Origin: Candidatus Omnitrophota bacterium
Lineage (GTDB): Bacteria; Omnitrophota; Gorgyraeia; Zapsychrales; Fredricksoniimonadaceae
Length of the DNA stretch: 64,000 bases
NCBI GenBank assembly: GCA_015232565.1
Contig: JADFZK010000007.1
Location: forward strand, 664 to 64,663
Direction: 5' to 3'
Position 1 is the first letter of the stretch; every line of letters begins with the position of its first letter. Below are positions 48,127 through 58,954 of the stretch, piece by piece. The position numbers were made by a program, and so were the translations under genes. The notes under the pieces are model-generated. The model worked only from the letters and a program-made list of their open reading frames with translations. It was not told the DNA's origin and did no database searches.

Positions 48127-48959
48127 ACCACATCCGCAAAATTACGTTCCACACTATAAAAATAAATAACTCCGCTTACCAAAAGGAATATCGACGACGC
48201 CGTACCCACCATGACCATTGGCCAGGTAAGCACATTACTGCCCAAAATAGCCCACCGGAAACCCTCCACAAAAACGAAGGCCGGATTAAGGCTGAAATAA
48301 ATTATCCATTCGGCCGGCACCAAAGAAGCCGCATAGACCACCGGCGTAATATACATCCATATTTGCAGGATGAACGGCATGGCGTGCATAAAATCCCGAT
48401 AATAAACCATCAACGCGCTCAGCCAAAGGCTGGCTCCTACCGCCGCAACAATGAGCATGATACAAAACAACGGCAAAGCCAGAACACGCCAGCCAGGGCA
48501 AATATGATACAGCGTTAAAGCGCCGAACACGACCGTCAGGGAAACAATAAGATCCACCAGCGACCCCAACCCGGCGGCCAAAGGGATTATGGCGCGCGGA
48601 AAATACACTTTAGTTATAAGGAACCCGTTCCCCACCAGGCTGTTACCCGCGCGTTGTAATATGCTCGAGAAGAAATTCCAGGCGGTCATGCCGCACAAGA
48701 CAAAAAGCAAATACGGCTGTCCGTCACTGGGTATCCGGGCAAAAACGCCAAAGATCAAAGCAAAGATCAAGGATGCCAGCAAAGGCTGAAGGACGATCCA
48801 GGCTACGCCGATAACGGTTTGCTTGTACCTTAAGCGCACGTCGCGCTCGGCCAGGATCCACAAAAGATCGCGAAAACGCCAAATATCACGAAATATATGC
48901 TCAACCCGCAGTTGGGGCTCTATTACGATCTCGGCTTCTGTCGTAACCTGCTCGCTCAT
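48123..48959 (-). CDS. wzm: Polysaccharide ABC exporter permease (Wzm-like)
   Basis: Motifs RDVRLRYKQTVIGVAW, LITKVYFPR, YRDF, PVVY and ERNFADVV. Confidence 0.9.
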   Translation of the reverse strand: MSEQVTTEAEIVIEPQLRVEHIFRDIWRFRDLLWILAERDVRLRYKQTVIGVAWIVLQPLLASLIFALIFGVFARIPSDGQPYLLFVLCGMTAWNFFSSILQRAGNSLVGNGFLITKVYFPRAIIPLAAGLGSLVDLIVSLTVVFGALTLYHICPGWRVLALPLFCIMLIVAAVGASLWLSALMVYYRDFMHAMPFILQIWMYITPVVYAASLVPAEWIIYFSLNPAFVFVEGFRWAILGSNVLTWPMVMVGTASSIFLLVSGVIYFYSVERNFADVV

Positions 48960-48976
48960 AAATTTATCACCCGACT

Positions 48977-50071
48977 TTATTTTAAAATACCCTTTGCCCA
49001 TTCCAGGATCTCGTTCACCCGAGCCGCCGTCAACACCAGCCGACGGCCAGGACAAGCTACAAAAGTATACCCGAATACCACCCGATCAGCAGGATCTTGA
49101 CGCGCCGCTATTACAAGATCCCGGGAACCTTGCGGCCCCCATTTTTGTTCATTCCCCATGGCGAATATGCCGGCAGAAGGCACCCCGCACGCCGCCGCCA
49201 AATGCAATAAACCGGAATCCGTACCGATAAAAGCCCCACAATCCCTGAAATGCTCCACAGTGTCCGCCAGGGAAAGACGGCCGCAAAGATCCTGCACCGG
49301 GACCGAAACCGCTAACTGAGCTTTTATTTGCCGCGCTTCCGCTACAACATCCGCACCGCCCAGAAACAAAACAGCACACCCCTGCGCCAGCAAACCCCCG
49401 GTAATAGACCGCACCTGTTCCACTGTCAGTCGTCTTTCGATCACGCTTCCGCCCCAGAACAAAGCCACCCGGCGCAGGTCTGTCCGCCGGCTGGCCTGAA
49501 GAAAAACCGGCGAAAAAGTTAACGGGTCCAGCGCAAAGATCAAACCAAACAAAGCCGTAAAGTTCTGCAATTCCGGAGCATTTACGTCGTAACCAGCAGT
49601 AAGATTAAAAAGCCTGGTCCGTAAAGGGCGTGTGGAGAACCCCGCCTTGACCGAAGCCTTTGTGCTATACGCTACCACCGCGCTTAAATAATGCCACTGC
49701 TCGGTATCAATAACAAGATCATACTCCTGCCGCACAACCCGCCAGAGATCCGGCCAACGGTCATAACAGTATATCGAGCGGCAAAACCGCCGCGCCAGGA
49801 TAAAGGCTCCTTCATTCCGGCGCTCGCAAAGAAGGTCTATCTCAACATTGTGTTGCTCGCGTAACCGTTCAATGATCGACAACAAAAATACCGCATCCCC
49901 AATACCGCCCGGACGGATAATCAGGATCCGGCGGATAACTCCATCCGGGGATCTCTCCGGCAAAGCCGGCAACAAGAACGCTATCATGCCGCCCAGGGCC
50001 AGATCCAACGACTTGATAAGTTTAAGCTTTACCCCGCCGGCCGAACGCCAGATATCCCCAAAACCGATCAT
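48977..50071 (-). CDS. Glycosyltransferase family 9
   Basis: Motifs ILIIRPGGIGD, IDTEQW and IGTDSGLLHLAAA. Start uncertain. Confidence 0.85.
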   Translation of the reverse strand: MIGFGDIWRSAGGVKLKLIKSLDLALGGMIAFLLPALPERSPDGVIRRILIIRPGGIGDAVFLLSIIERLREQHNVEIDLLCERRNEGAFILARRFCRSIYCYDRWPDLWRVVRQEYDLVIDTEQWHYLSAVVAYSTKASVKAGFSTRPLRTRLFNLTAGYDVNAPELQNFTALFGLIFALDPLTFSPVFLQASRRTDLRRVALFWGGSVIERRLTVEQVRSITGGLLAQGCAVLFLGGADVVAEARQIKAQLAVSVPVQDLCGRLSLADTVEHFRDCGAFIGTDSGLLHLAAACGVPSAGIFAMGNEQKWGPQGSRDLVIAARQDPADRVVFGYTFVACPGRRLVLTAARVNEILEWAKGILK

Positions 50072-51033
50072 CGGGCCTGACCTGTTTTGCGGTCCAGCCA
50101 GCCCTGGTTAGCTTTATACCAGGCCACTGTTTCCGCCAATCCGGTATCCAGATCCACCTGCGGCCGCCAGCCCAGCTCTTTCTGTATACGAGCGCAGTTG
50201 ATGCTATAGCGAAAGTCATGGCCCGGACGATCGGCCACGTATTCTATTAAAGATCCCGGCCGGCCCGTCAGCTGTAAGACCGCCTTTACCACCTCGATAT
50301 TCCGCCGATGGATCCCAGACCCGATATTATAAGCTGCGCCAAATGCCCCCTTTTCCATAACGGCAATTATGCCTCGCGCACAGTCCGCAACATGCAACCA
50401 TTCGCGGACATTCAACCCCCGGGCATAAACCGGCACTTTAAGGTTATGGAGCGCTTTATAAATAACTACCGGGATTAGTTTCTCGGGGAACTGCCACGGC
50501 CCGTAATTATTGGAGGCCCGCACAATGTTGACCGGAAGGCCATATGTCCGAAAGTACGAGCTCACCAGCAGGTCGGCCGCGGCCTTGCTTACCGAATACG
50601 GCGAGTTGGGCCGGAACGGCGCATCCTCCGCGGAACTGCCGCGCGCCACATCCCCATAAACCTCGTCGGTCGAAATATGCACCAGCCGGGCCACCCCCAG
50701 GAGCCGGGCCGCCTCCAGCATGGTTTGTGTCCCCATGATATTAGTCTGCAAAAAAACCTGGCCGTCCTTAATACTGCGGTCAACGTGAGTTTCGGCCGCA
50801 AAATGCACTATGCTGTCGGGCCGGAAGTTTTTAACCATCTTAAAGACCATACTAGCGTTGCAAATATCAACTTTTTTAAAACTAACCTGCCCCTTTACCG
50901 CAGACAGACGCGCTTTATCCCCGGCATAGGTCAAGGCGTCAAGCACCATAACCGTATCGCCCCGCCGCGCGATCTGCCGCACAAATTCACTGCCGATAAA
51001 ACCGGCCCCGCCGGTAACCAGGATCTTTTTCAT
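50068..51033 (-). CDS. rfbB: dTDP-glucose 4,6-dehydratase
   Basis: Motifs TGGAGFIGS, HFAAETHVDRSI, STDEVYG, YSVSK and DRPGHDFRY. Confidence 0.95.
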   Translation of the reverse strand: MKKILVTGGAGFIGSEFVRQIARRGDTVMVLDALTYAGDKARLSAVKGQVSFKKVDICNASMVFKMVKNFRPDSIVHFAAETHVDRSIKDGQVFLQTNIMGTQTMLEAARLLGVARLVHISTDEVYGDVARGSSAEDAPFRPNSPYSVSKAAADLLVSSYFRTYGLPVNIVRASNNYGPWQFPEKLIPVVIYKALHNLKVPVYARGLNVREWLHVADCARGIIAVMEKGAFGAAYNIGSGIHRRNIEVVKAVLQLTGRPGSLIEYVADRPGHDFRYSINCARIQKELGWRPQVDLDTGLAETVAWYKANQGWLDRKTGQAR

Positions 51034-51896
51034 GCCGACTTTCCTTCCCGAGCTAACTGGTCTACATAAACTTTCAGGTCATCTCGCCAATGCGGAATAG
51101 TTATTTGCAAAGCCCGCGCCAGCGCTTTATTGGACAGCACCGAATAACCCGGACGCTCGGCGCGGCTCCCAAAAGCATTGCGAGATACCGCCAGGACTGT
51201 CTGATCCTGAATGCCCGCCTGCCGAAGATACTCCACCACCCACTCATAACGAGAAGCCTGCCCTGAATTGGTTAAATGATACAAACCCGCCAGCCGCGCT
51301 TTCCGGGCTTCGCAAACAACATCCACGATCCGGTGCGTAAAAGTGGGGACCGACACCTCATCGCTGGCAATTCTTAGCTCGGCGCTTTTGCTCATCCATT
51401 CACGGACCTTATACAAAAAATTATTCCGTCCCCGGCCCTGAACCCAGCTCAGGCGAAATACCAGATGCCCGCCGCCAGTCTCCAGCACTAACCGCTCACC
51501 GGCCAGTTTGCTCCTGCCATAAACACTTAAAGGGCCTGGCTCGTCAACTTCAATATAAGGCGTTGTTTGCCGGCCATCAAACACATAATCGGTACTGAAA
51601 TGCACCAGTTTTATTTTTCGCGCTGAACAAAACTCGGCCATCAGGCGCGGAGCCTGGGCATTAACCGCGAAAGCCTTATCAACTTCGTCTTCCGCCTGGT
51701 CCACCAGGTTATAAGCCGAGCAATTTATCAAGGCTTGCGGATCAGTGCCGGCCAGAAAACCGGTTAATGCCGGGCCATCGGCCACATCGCACATGGCACG
51801 ATCAACCGCAATGTACGGGATCTCCGCCCGGTCAAAATAACGCGTGAACGCCTCACCGAGCTGTCCCCGGGCTCCCAGCACCATGATCTTCTTCAT
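51030..51896 (-). CDS. rfbD: dTDP-4-dehydrorhamnose reductase
   Basis: Motifs GARGQLG, HFSTDYVFDG, YGRSKLAGE and RPGYSVL. Confidence 0.95.
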   Translation of the reverse strand: MKKIMVLGARGQLGEAFTRYFDRAEIPYIAVDRAMCDVADGPALTGFLAGTDPQALINCSAYNLVDQAEDEVDKAFAVNAQAPRLMAEFCSARKIKLVHFSTDYVFDGRQTTPYIEVDEPGPLSVYGRSKLAGERLVLETGGGHLVFRLSWVQGRGRNNFLYKVREWMSKSAELRIASDEVSVPTFTHRIVDVVCEARKARLAGLYHLTNSGQASRYEWVVEYLRQAGIQDQTVLAVSRNAFGSRAERPGYSVLSNKALARALQITIPHWRDDLKVYVDQLAREGKSA

Positions 51897-52459
51897 TGCG
51901 CGCTCCGATATTCAAAATTTATCTGCGCGTTAGCCAGCGGCACCCCTTCCTTATCCCGCGGAGACAACACCGGACTTTTTTCCGGCCAGGCAATATTCAG
52001 ATCCGGATCATTCCAGATAATACAACGCTCCAGGTCCGGCGCATACTCGGCAGAACAATAATAAATAATTTCGGCCTCATCTGAAAGAGTACAAAAACCA
52101 TGCGCGAATCCGGCCGGGACATACAACATTTTTCTGTTAACTTCCGACAACCGCTCGCCCACCCAGGCGCCAAAAGTCGGCGATCCCCGGCGGATATCCA
52201 CCGCCACATCAAAGACCTCCCCCTTAAGCACCGATACCAGCTTGGCTTGCGACCGGGGGTTCAACTGATAGTGCAAACCCCTCAGCACATCTTTAGACGA
52301 AACCGACAGGTTACCCTGAAGGACCGTGAGGTCTATACCCTGCGCCAGGAAATCCGAATGACGGAATATTTCGGCAAAACCCCCGCGCGTATCAGAGAAA
52401 AAACGCGGCTCGACAACTATAACCTCCGGCAGAACACTTGGTTTAAAGTCAAAAGGCAT
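51893..52459 (-). CDS. rfbC: dTDP-4-dehydrorhamnose 3,5-epimerase
   Basis: Motifs [28 protein letters not shown] and GFAHGF. Confidence 0.95.
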   Translation of the reverse strand: MPFDFKPSVLPEVIVVEPRFFSDTRGGFAEIFRHSDFLAQGIDLTVLQGNLSVSSKDVLRGLHYQLNPRSQAKLVSVLKGEVFDVAVDIRRGSPTFGAWVGERLSEVNRKMLYVPAGFAHGFCTLSDEAEIIYYCSAEYAPDLERCIIWNDPDLNIAWPEKSPVLSPRDKEGVPLANAQINFEYRSAQ

Positions 52460-53324
52460 CGGGCTCTCCGGCGATTTTTTGTAAATACGCCCCGTAAGAA
52501 GTCTTTATTGCCCGGCCCAATACGCACAATTGCTCCCGGGTAATATACCCACGGTTATAGGCGATCTCTTCTATACACGCCACCTTGAGCCCCTGGCGTT
52601 CCTCCACCGTCTTGATAAAGATCGAAGCGTCAATAAGCGACTCGTAAGTCCCCGTGTCCAGCCAGGCATACCCCCGCCCGAAACGCTCTACCGTTAATTT
52701 CCCCCGGCGCAAATACTCCAGGTTAACATCGGTTATCTCCACCTCGCCGCGCCGGGAAGGCCGGACACTTTTGGCGATCTCCACCACCGCATTATCATAG
52801 AAATACAATCCCGTGACCGCCCAATTAGACAAAGGCCGCGCCGGCTTTTCTTCTATGTTCAACGGACTGCCGTCCTGGTTGAAAGACACCACCCCGTAGC
52901 TTTGCGGATCCTTAACGCAATAACCAAATATCGTCGCCCCAACCTGCCGCGCTACCGCCTGCTGAAGAAAATCGGAAAGCCCGTGGCCAAAGAAAATATT
53001 ATCCCCCAAAGCCATCGCCACCCGGTCCCGGGCGATGAACTCTTCGCCAATAATAAAGGCATCCGCCAGCCCGCGGGGGTGCGGTTGTTCGGCATAACTG
53101 ATATTAAGACCTATAGCACCACCATCCCCCAGAAGGCTCTGGAACTGCCCACGTGACTGCGGAGTGGTGATGATCAGGATATCCCGGATACCCGCCAGCA
53201 TAAGCACCGAAAGCGGATAATAGATCATGGGCTTGTCGTAAACCGGCAAAAGCTGTTTGGACACACTTTTGGTGATCGGGAACAGACGAGTCGCGGTTCC
53301 TCCCGCCAGAATAATACCTTTCAT
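52449..53324 (-). CDS. rfbA: Glucose-1-phosphate thymidylyltransferase
   Basis: Motifs [27 protein letters not shown] and WLDTGT. Confidence 0.96.
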   Translation of the reverse strand: MKGIILAGGTATRLFPITKSVSKQLLPVYDKPMIYYPLSVLMLAGIRDILIITTPQSRGQFQSLLGDGGAIGLNISYAEQPHPRGLADAFIIGEEFIARDRVAMALGDNIFFGHGLSDFLQQAVARQVGATIFGYCVKDPQSYGVVSFNQDGSPLNIEEKPARPLSNWAVTGLYFYDNAVVEIAKSVRPSRRGEVEITDVNLEYLRRGKLTVERFGRGYAWLDTGTYESLIDASIFIKTVEERQGLKVACIEEIAYNRGYITREQLCVLGRAIKTSYGAYLQKIAGEPDAF

Positions 53325-53367
53325 ACGCGGCCTTTCGAATTTAGTGTGCGAATATCGGTATACTGGA

Positions 53368-54249
53368 TCATTTTATAATGTAGATCAAAAAAGCCATATA
53401 GTACAACCACCAGAGCACTGTCAGGAACAACCATACGTCTTTAAGCAGGATCTCGGCCAGATCCTCCCCGCAGGCTTTAACATATATGAGGTACAGGTAC
53501 CGCGCAATACCCGCCACCACGAACCCGATAGAGTAAAGAAAGATCCCCGGGCTCAACTGGCTATGCACCAGGGAAGTACCCGCATAGAACGCATAAGAAA
53601 GTATGGACAAGGCCGCAAAAAGAAAGATCAACCGGTCAAGCAGGGCCGGCGGATAATCGCCCAGCACGGCACGATGCCGAACAGCATTATCTTTCAGAAC
53701 GATCTGCTCGGAACGTCTTTTAGCGAAACCCAGGAAAAGCGACAACATAAAAACACACAACTGCATCCAGAGCGAAGGCACCACCATAATAGCTACCGAC
53801 CCCACCCAGATACGGATCTGAAAACCCAGCGCCAGAGTTACCACATCGAAAATAGCGCGGTCTTTGGCAAAAAAATTATAAAAGAGCTGTAAAACTACAT
53901 AGCACGCCGACCACACCCACAATCCCGGTCCAACACCGGATAAAGCCCGGATACCCAGGATCATACACCCCAGGCCAAGCAGTGCGGCGAAATTTAACGA
54001 AACCTGTCCAGCGGCTATCGGACGTAAACATTTCCGGGGATGGGACCGGTCGCGCTCCCGGTCCAGCACATCATTGGCAATATAGACTGCGCTGGAAACC
54101 AGCGAGAACCCCAGGAAGGCCATTGTACTGGCCAACCAGTAGCCCCGGTCCAGGCACTGCCCGGAAAATAATAATGGCAAGAACACAAACCCGTTCTTGA
54201 TCCATTGCTTCATGCGCATAACCCTGGGGATATGTGCCAAATATTCCAT
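53368..54249 (-). CDS. UbiA-family decaprenyl-phosphate phosphoribosyltransferase-like protein
   Basis: Motifs [41 protein letters not shown] and RY. Confidence 0.88.
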   Translation of the reverse strand: MEYLAHIPRVMRMKQWIKNGFVFLPLLFSGQCLDRGYWLASTMAFLGFSLVSSAVYIANDVLDRERDRSHPRKCLRPIAAGQVSLNFAALLGLGCMILGIRALSGVGPGLWVWSACYVVLQLFYNFFAKDRAIFDVVTLALGFQIRIWVGSVAIMVVPSLWMQLCVFMLSLFLGFAKRRSEQIVLKDNAVRHRAVLGDYPPALLDRLIFLFAALSILSYAFYAGTSLVHSQLSPGIFLYSIGFVVAGIARYLYLIYVKACGEDLAEILLKDVWLFLTVLWWLYYMAFLIYIIK

Positions 54250-54250
54250 C

Positions 54251-56236
54251 CTAATCAAGCTCAAAGCTAGCGACCTTTCGCATAGGCGTATCCAGGGGCA
54301 TTCCAGCAGGATACTTATTAAAATTATCGAAACTGGCCGGAATAAGCCCCAGCTCCAGATCATATGAACCCGCCGCCAGCGGCGGCAACCTTAACACAAA
54401 GTACTCCCGCACCAGGTCGTTCTTCTTCCACAATACGGAAGGGTATATCATATAGCCGGGAATATGTTCTGTAACGTAAAAAGACCGGCCATTTTGCGTT
54501 ACCTGCATTCGGACCGCGCGCGATATTTGTTCAGCAGACAAGCTTAACCAGTCAAAACGCACCTCCAGGCGGCAATCTCCACGAGCGGCACATTGCACCA
54601 CCGGCCTGACCGCGCTTAAAGCAATATCGAAATTAAGCCTTTTCTGACCCTGGGCTGTTAGCGCCGGCGCTGGCAAAACCTCAACAAGCAGCCGCCCCTC
54701 CGGCAGGTCTTTTTTCAGGAGCACCAGGTCTTCCGTTGAATCCGCCCACTTCCAGCCATTGTAGAAAAACTCCCGATTGATCCTTTGGGCATTCACCAAA
54801 GGTTCATTGGAAAATCGGGCAAACAATTCCGGCTCGTCAAAATCCAGCACGGCCGTACGCACTCTGGAAGGCAAAACAAACGGCAGGCCGTTCAAGGAAT
54901 TACTGCCTTGTGCCACATAATAAAAAGAATACAACTCCGGCCGTTCAGTCAAATGGCCAAGAAAAGCGAACGAAGCCACTACGGGCTCATTCTTGTCGAC
55001 TTGGCGGACCAGGCGCTCGTAATGGCTATTCAAAGGATTACCCCACCACCAGTCCACCCTGCGGGCCAGATATTCGCAATTGTTGAAAGAATGCCCTGCC
55101 ACTCCCACTGAAAGAACAAAAACGATTATCAAAAACTTTACCGGCGTCATTACCTTTTTGAACAACGCAAAGGTGTTCATCACCGCCAGCAGGATCATGG
55201 GCACCACAGTAGCCGCGTAATGAAAATAAATAGTATGGTTCGTCCAGGCAGTCGCCAAAAGATTCTGCAAGAAGATCGGCAAGCCCAAAGCCAGGATATG
55301 CGGACTAATTAGAGCGAATAGCAAATGCGGGCCGAATAATTGCTGAAAATAGAGGCGATTAGGAGCAGAGAAGATGTCAAAAAAAAGTTTGGCCGGCTGG
55401 GTGGCAATATTCCCGGCGATCTGCACCGGAGTGCTGCCATAGCTTTGATACATGCTCCAATAGACACTTTGCGAAGATATCTTATGGAAATAGGGAATAA
55501 GCACAAAAAGCTCCAGGTAAAAAACCGCACAACCCAGCGCGATCGGAGCCAGGCCCCAAAGCCAGCGCTTCTTTCCTTTAAAAAACAGTCCCAGAAAACC
55601 GAACATGACCACTATCGTTACAATGTTTTCTTTGATCAAGCATAAAGCCAGGCAAGTAATAAAAAAGGCCCGAAAACGATCCCGCTCAAAGAAATAATAT
55701 GCCAGAAAGATAAAACAAGGCGCGAAACTTTCAAAATGGAACTCGTAAGAAAGCATGTAAATATTGGCTGGATGTAAAAGATAAAACAACAAGAACATCA
55801 AGCCTGGCAGGTGCCCCAGCTTATAACGGGCAATGACATAAAAGATATACGCCCCAAAAGCAAACAACAGCGCATTAAGCACCAAAAGCGTCAGGGGATG
55901 CCGAAAGAGGCAATAGATCGGGGCGGCGAAAAACGCAATGTATTCCGCGTGATTACCCAGGAAGTTCATGCCCCACAAAGTAGACGAACAGGAACCGCGG
56001 CAGATATTCCAAGAGACCTGCGCGTACAAAGCCAGGTCCCAGTCCTTATACCCGAAACTGGTGAACTGAAAATAATTAAAACCGATCCACACTGCCGCGG
56101 CCAAGAAGCACAGGCCCACAGCCCAGAGATCGCAGATTTTGTCTCGCACTCCAAATACCGCCACGTATAACTCCCGGTTGATTAATAGCACAGCCTCGGG
56201 GAGAATTATACCTGCCTCCCCGAACTTTGCCCACAA
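54251..56236 (-). CDS. DUF2079-domain membrane protein (GT-C-like glycosyltransferase)
   Basis: Motifs DLALYAQ, FLGNHAE, YEFHFE, LIKEN and FHYAA. True start probably around 56150. Confidence 0.8.
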   Translation of the reverse strand: MWAKFGEAGIILPEAVLLINRELYVAVFGVRDKICDLWAVGLCFLAAAVWIGFNYFQFTSFGYKDWDLALYAQVSWNICRGSCSSTLWGMNFLGNHAEYIAFFAAPIYCLFRHPLTLLVLNALLFAFGAYIFYVIARYKLGHLPGLMFLLFYLLHPANIYMLSYEFHFESFAPCFIFLAYYFFERDRFRAFFITCLALCLIKENIVTIVVMFGFLGLFFKGKKRWLWGLAPIALGCAVFYLELFVLIPYFHKISSQSVYWSMYQSYGSTPVQIAGNIATQPAKLFFDIFSAPNRLYFQQLFGPHLLFALISPHILALGLPIFLQNLLATAWTNHTIYFHYAATVVPMILLAVMNTFALFKKVMTPVKFLIIVFVLSVGVAGHSFNNCEYLARRVDWWWGNPLNSHYERLVRQVDKNEPVVASFAFLGHLTERPELYSFYYVAQGSNSLNGLPFVLPSRVRTAVLDFDEPELFARFSNEPLVNAQRINREFFYNGWKWADSTEDLVLLKKDLPEGRLLVEVLPAPALTAQGQKRLNFDIALSAVRPVVQCAARGDCRLEVRFDWLSLSAEQISRAVRMQVTQNGRSFYVTEHIPGYMIYPSVLWKKNDLVREYFVLRLPPLAAGSYDLELGLIPASFDNFNKYPAGMPLDTPMRKVASFELD

Positions 56237-56270
56237 GTTTCAGGGAAAAAACCGGCGCTCTAGCGCCTGC

Positions 56271-56298
56271 TTGACATATCTTTCCCTTAATATATAGT
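56271..56298 (+). promoter_or_regulatory. sigma70-type promoter for prfC
   Basis: TTGACA (56271-56276), 16 bp spacer, TATAGT (56293-56298). Confidence 0.55.
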
Positions 56299-56360
56299 TG
56301 CTTCCATCTCCTAACAGTTTCGGGCACTATTTTCGTGAACTTTTTAAAAAGGCTTGGGCA

Positions 56361-57980
56361 TTGAATATCAACGAACAGATCCAACAGGAATCCGCCCGGC
56401 GCCGGACCTTCGCCATTATTTCCCACCCCGACGCTGGCAAAACCACCCTTACTGAAAAGCTTTTGCTGTACGGCGGAGCTTTGGACCTGGCGGTATCCGT
56501 TACCGCCAAAAAGAAACAACGCGAAACAGCCTCCGACTGGATGGAGCTGGAAAAAAAGCGCGGAATATCCATTTCTTCCACCGTACTGCAATTTGATTAT
56601 GAAAATTTCCGCCTGAATTTGCTGGACACTCCCGGCCATAAAGATTTCTCGGAAGACACTTACCGCGTATTAATGGCCGTAGATGCGGTCATAATGGTTA
56701 TCGATGCCGGTAAAGGTATCGAAGGCCAGACCCGCAAACTTTTCGAGATCTGCCGCAAGCGCGGTATACCGATCTTTACTTTCATGAACAAGCTCGACCG
56801 GCCGGCCATGCCCCCGCTGGACCTTATTGACCAGCTGGAAAAAGTGCTGAACATCCACGCCTTCCCCGTAAACTGGCCGCTGGGTAACGGCCCGGACTTT
56901 AAAGGCATCTACGACCGGATGAACAAACAAGTCCACCTCTTTGAACGGGTTGCCGCCGGCGCCTATAAAGCCCCGGTATCGGTCCATGACCTGCTGGATC
57001 CTTTTGTAAAAGAGATCCTGCATGAAGACATTTATGGCACCGTGATCGAAGAACTGCAAATGCTCGATATCGCCCAGGAAGGCTTCGACGCCCAGGCTGT
57101 CCTTAAGGGCCAGACCACTCCGGTTTTCTTTGGCAGTGCGGCCAACAATTTCGGCGTTGAGTTCCTGCTCAAAGGCTTCCTGGAACATTCCACCGGACCC
57201 GCTCCCCGCACAGCCAAAAGCGGGCTGATTCCTTTGGACCATCCGGATTTCTCCGCTTTTATCTTTAAAGTGCAATCCAACATGAACCCCCTGCACCGGG
57301 ACCGCATAGTTTTCGCGCGCATATGTTCCGGGCGTTTCTATCGCGATATGAAGGTTTACCACCATCGCTCGGCCAGAGAGATCCGGCTTTCGGATTCTTT
57401 CAAACTTTTTGGCCGCGACCGGGAAATTATAGCCGAAGCCTATCCCGGGGATATCCTGGGCTTTGTAACCAAACTGGATTACCGCATTGGCGACACCATC
57501 AGCGTTGATCCCAAGCTCTCCTTTGACGAGATCCCGCGCTTCGCGCCGGAATGTTTTGCTTACCTGCACAATTCGGCGGCCTCGACCTACAAGCCTTTCC
57601 GCAAAGGCCTGGAACACCTGCTAGCCGAGGACATCGTGCAAACCTTCACCATGATCGGGTCCGGAAGCAGTCTGCCTCTTTTGGGCGCGGTGGGCCCACT
57701 GCAATTCGAAGTTTTACAATATCGCCTGAAAGATGAATACGGCGGCGAATCCCGGCTGGAAACCCTGCCCTGGAAAATATTGCGCTGGATTGGCGAAGAT
57801 CTTACCGAGTCCGCCCTGCTGGAAACCAAGTCTAACGAAGTCGCTTTCGCCAAAGACAACCAGGACCGGACCGTAATTCTCTTTCAAAGCGAATGGGCCC
57901 TGAACTATTACAAGAAACGTTTTCCGAATATTACTCTTTTGGACTCGCCCCGGTCTTTAAAAACGGACCCCATTGATTAA
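56361..57980 (+). CDS. prfC: Peptide chain release factor 3
   Basis: Motifs RRRTFAIISHPDAGKTT, DWMELEKKRGISI, DTPGHKDF, NKLDR and GAVGPLQFEV. Start assumed at TTG 56361. Confidence 0.95.
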   Translation: MNINEQIQQESARRRTFAIISHPDAGKTTLTEKLLLYGGALDLAVSVTAKKKQRETASDWMELEKKRGISISSTVLQFDYENFRLNLLDTPGHKDFSEDTYRVLMAVDAVIMVIDAGKGIEGQTRKLFEICRKRGIPIFTFMNKLDRPAMPPLDLIDQLEKVLNIHAFPVNWPLGNGPDFKGIYDRMNKQVHLFERVAAGAYKAPVSVHDLLDPFVKEILHEDIYGTVIEELQMLDIAQEGFDAQAVLKGQTTPVFFGSAANNFGVEFLLKGFLEHSTGPAPRTAKSGLIPLDHPDFSAFIFKVQSNMNPLHRDRIVFARICSGRFYRDMKVYHHRSAREIRLSDSFKLFGRDREIIAEAYPGDILGFVTKLDYRIGDTISVDPKLSFDEIPRFAPECFAYLHNSAASTYKPFRKGLEHLLAEDIVQTFTMIGSGSSLPLLGAVGPLQFEVLQYRLKDEYGGESRLETLPWKILRWIGEDLTESALLETKSNEVAFAKDNQDRTVILFQSEWALNYYKKRFPNITLLDSPRSLKTDPID

Positions 57981-57981
57981 T

Positions 57982-58938
57982 ATGGATACCCGCCAAGTCA
58001 TTACACTTTTAAACAAAGCCATTTTAAAGCGCCAACCGCTCAGAAGCGCCAGCAATGCCCTGCGCCTGGTGAACGGCTTCGGCGACGAAATGGACGGCCT
58101 GGTCCTGGAACAATACGACCGTCATTTTGTCGCTCAGATCATGGAGAACGAATGGCATAAGCACTGCCCGGCCATCCTGGACCTGATAAAGCAGACCCTG
58201 GCCTCGGAATATTTTATTGTCAAGGACCGCACCGTTTCCGCTTCGGCAGAACCGGGAGCTTTTAAATCTGCAGTCTGGCTGGACGGCGGGAGTTCACAAA
58301 CCAACGTTAACGAAAATGCTCTAAGCTTCAATGTAGACCTTAACGACGGACTTAACAGCGGCCTTTTCCTGGATATGCGCCAGAACCGGGCCCGCACCGC
58401 GGCCTTCGCCAAAGGCCGCAAAGTGCTGAATTGTTTTTCCTACACCTGTTCTTTTGGCGTTCACTGCCGGGCCCAGGGCGCGGCCAGCGTGGTAAATGTA
58501 GACGTTAGCCGCAAAAGCCTGGACCGCGGACGCAAGAATTATGAATTGAACCACTTAACGGCCGAGCAAAATGAATTCATCAAAGCGGATGCCGTGGAAT
58601 ACCTGGCACGCGCCATTAAAAAAGACAATCGTTTCGATATGATAATCCTGGACCCGCCTTCATTCGCCCGCCATGAAGGCAAAACGTTCAGTGTTAAGAA
58701 CGACCTGGGGCCTTTAATAATATCGGCTATGAAAGTTTTGAATCCGGGCGGGGTAATATTCGTGGCCACCAATTACAGCCTGATGACCCACGACAGCCTG
58801 GCCGACATGATAACCGACGGTGCAAATGACCGCCGGATAAAAAACCTGGAACACCTCGGCCAGGATACGGATTTCGCCGGCAGCGGCCTTATGCCGGAAA
58901 GTTACCTGGCCGCGGTGTTAGCGGTCATGGATAACTGA
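57982..58938 (+). CDS. Class I SAM-dependent rRNA methyltransferase (RlmI/RlmK-like)
   Basis: Motifs RLVNGFGD, GLFLDMRQNR, VLNCFSYT and IILDPPSF. Confidence 0.85.
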   Translation: MDTRQVITLLNKAILKRQPLRSASNALRLVNGFGDEMDGLVLEQYDRHFVAQIMENEWHKHCPAILDLIKQTLASEYFIVKDRTVSASAEPGAFKSAVWLDGGSSQTNVNENALSFNVDLNDGLNSGLFLDMRQNRARTAAFAKGRKVLNCFSYTCSFGVHCRAQGAASVVNVDVSRKSLDRGRKNYELNHLTAEQNEFIKADAVEYLARAIKKDNRFDMIILDPPSFARHEGKTFSVKNDLGPLIISAMKVLNPGGVIFVATNYSLMTHDSLADMITDGANDRRIKNLEHLGQDTDFAGSGLMPESYLAAVLAVMDN

Positions 58939-58954
58939 TAAGCACGGATCTTTC

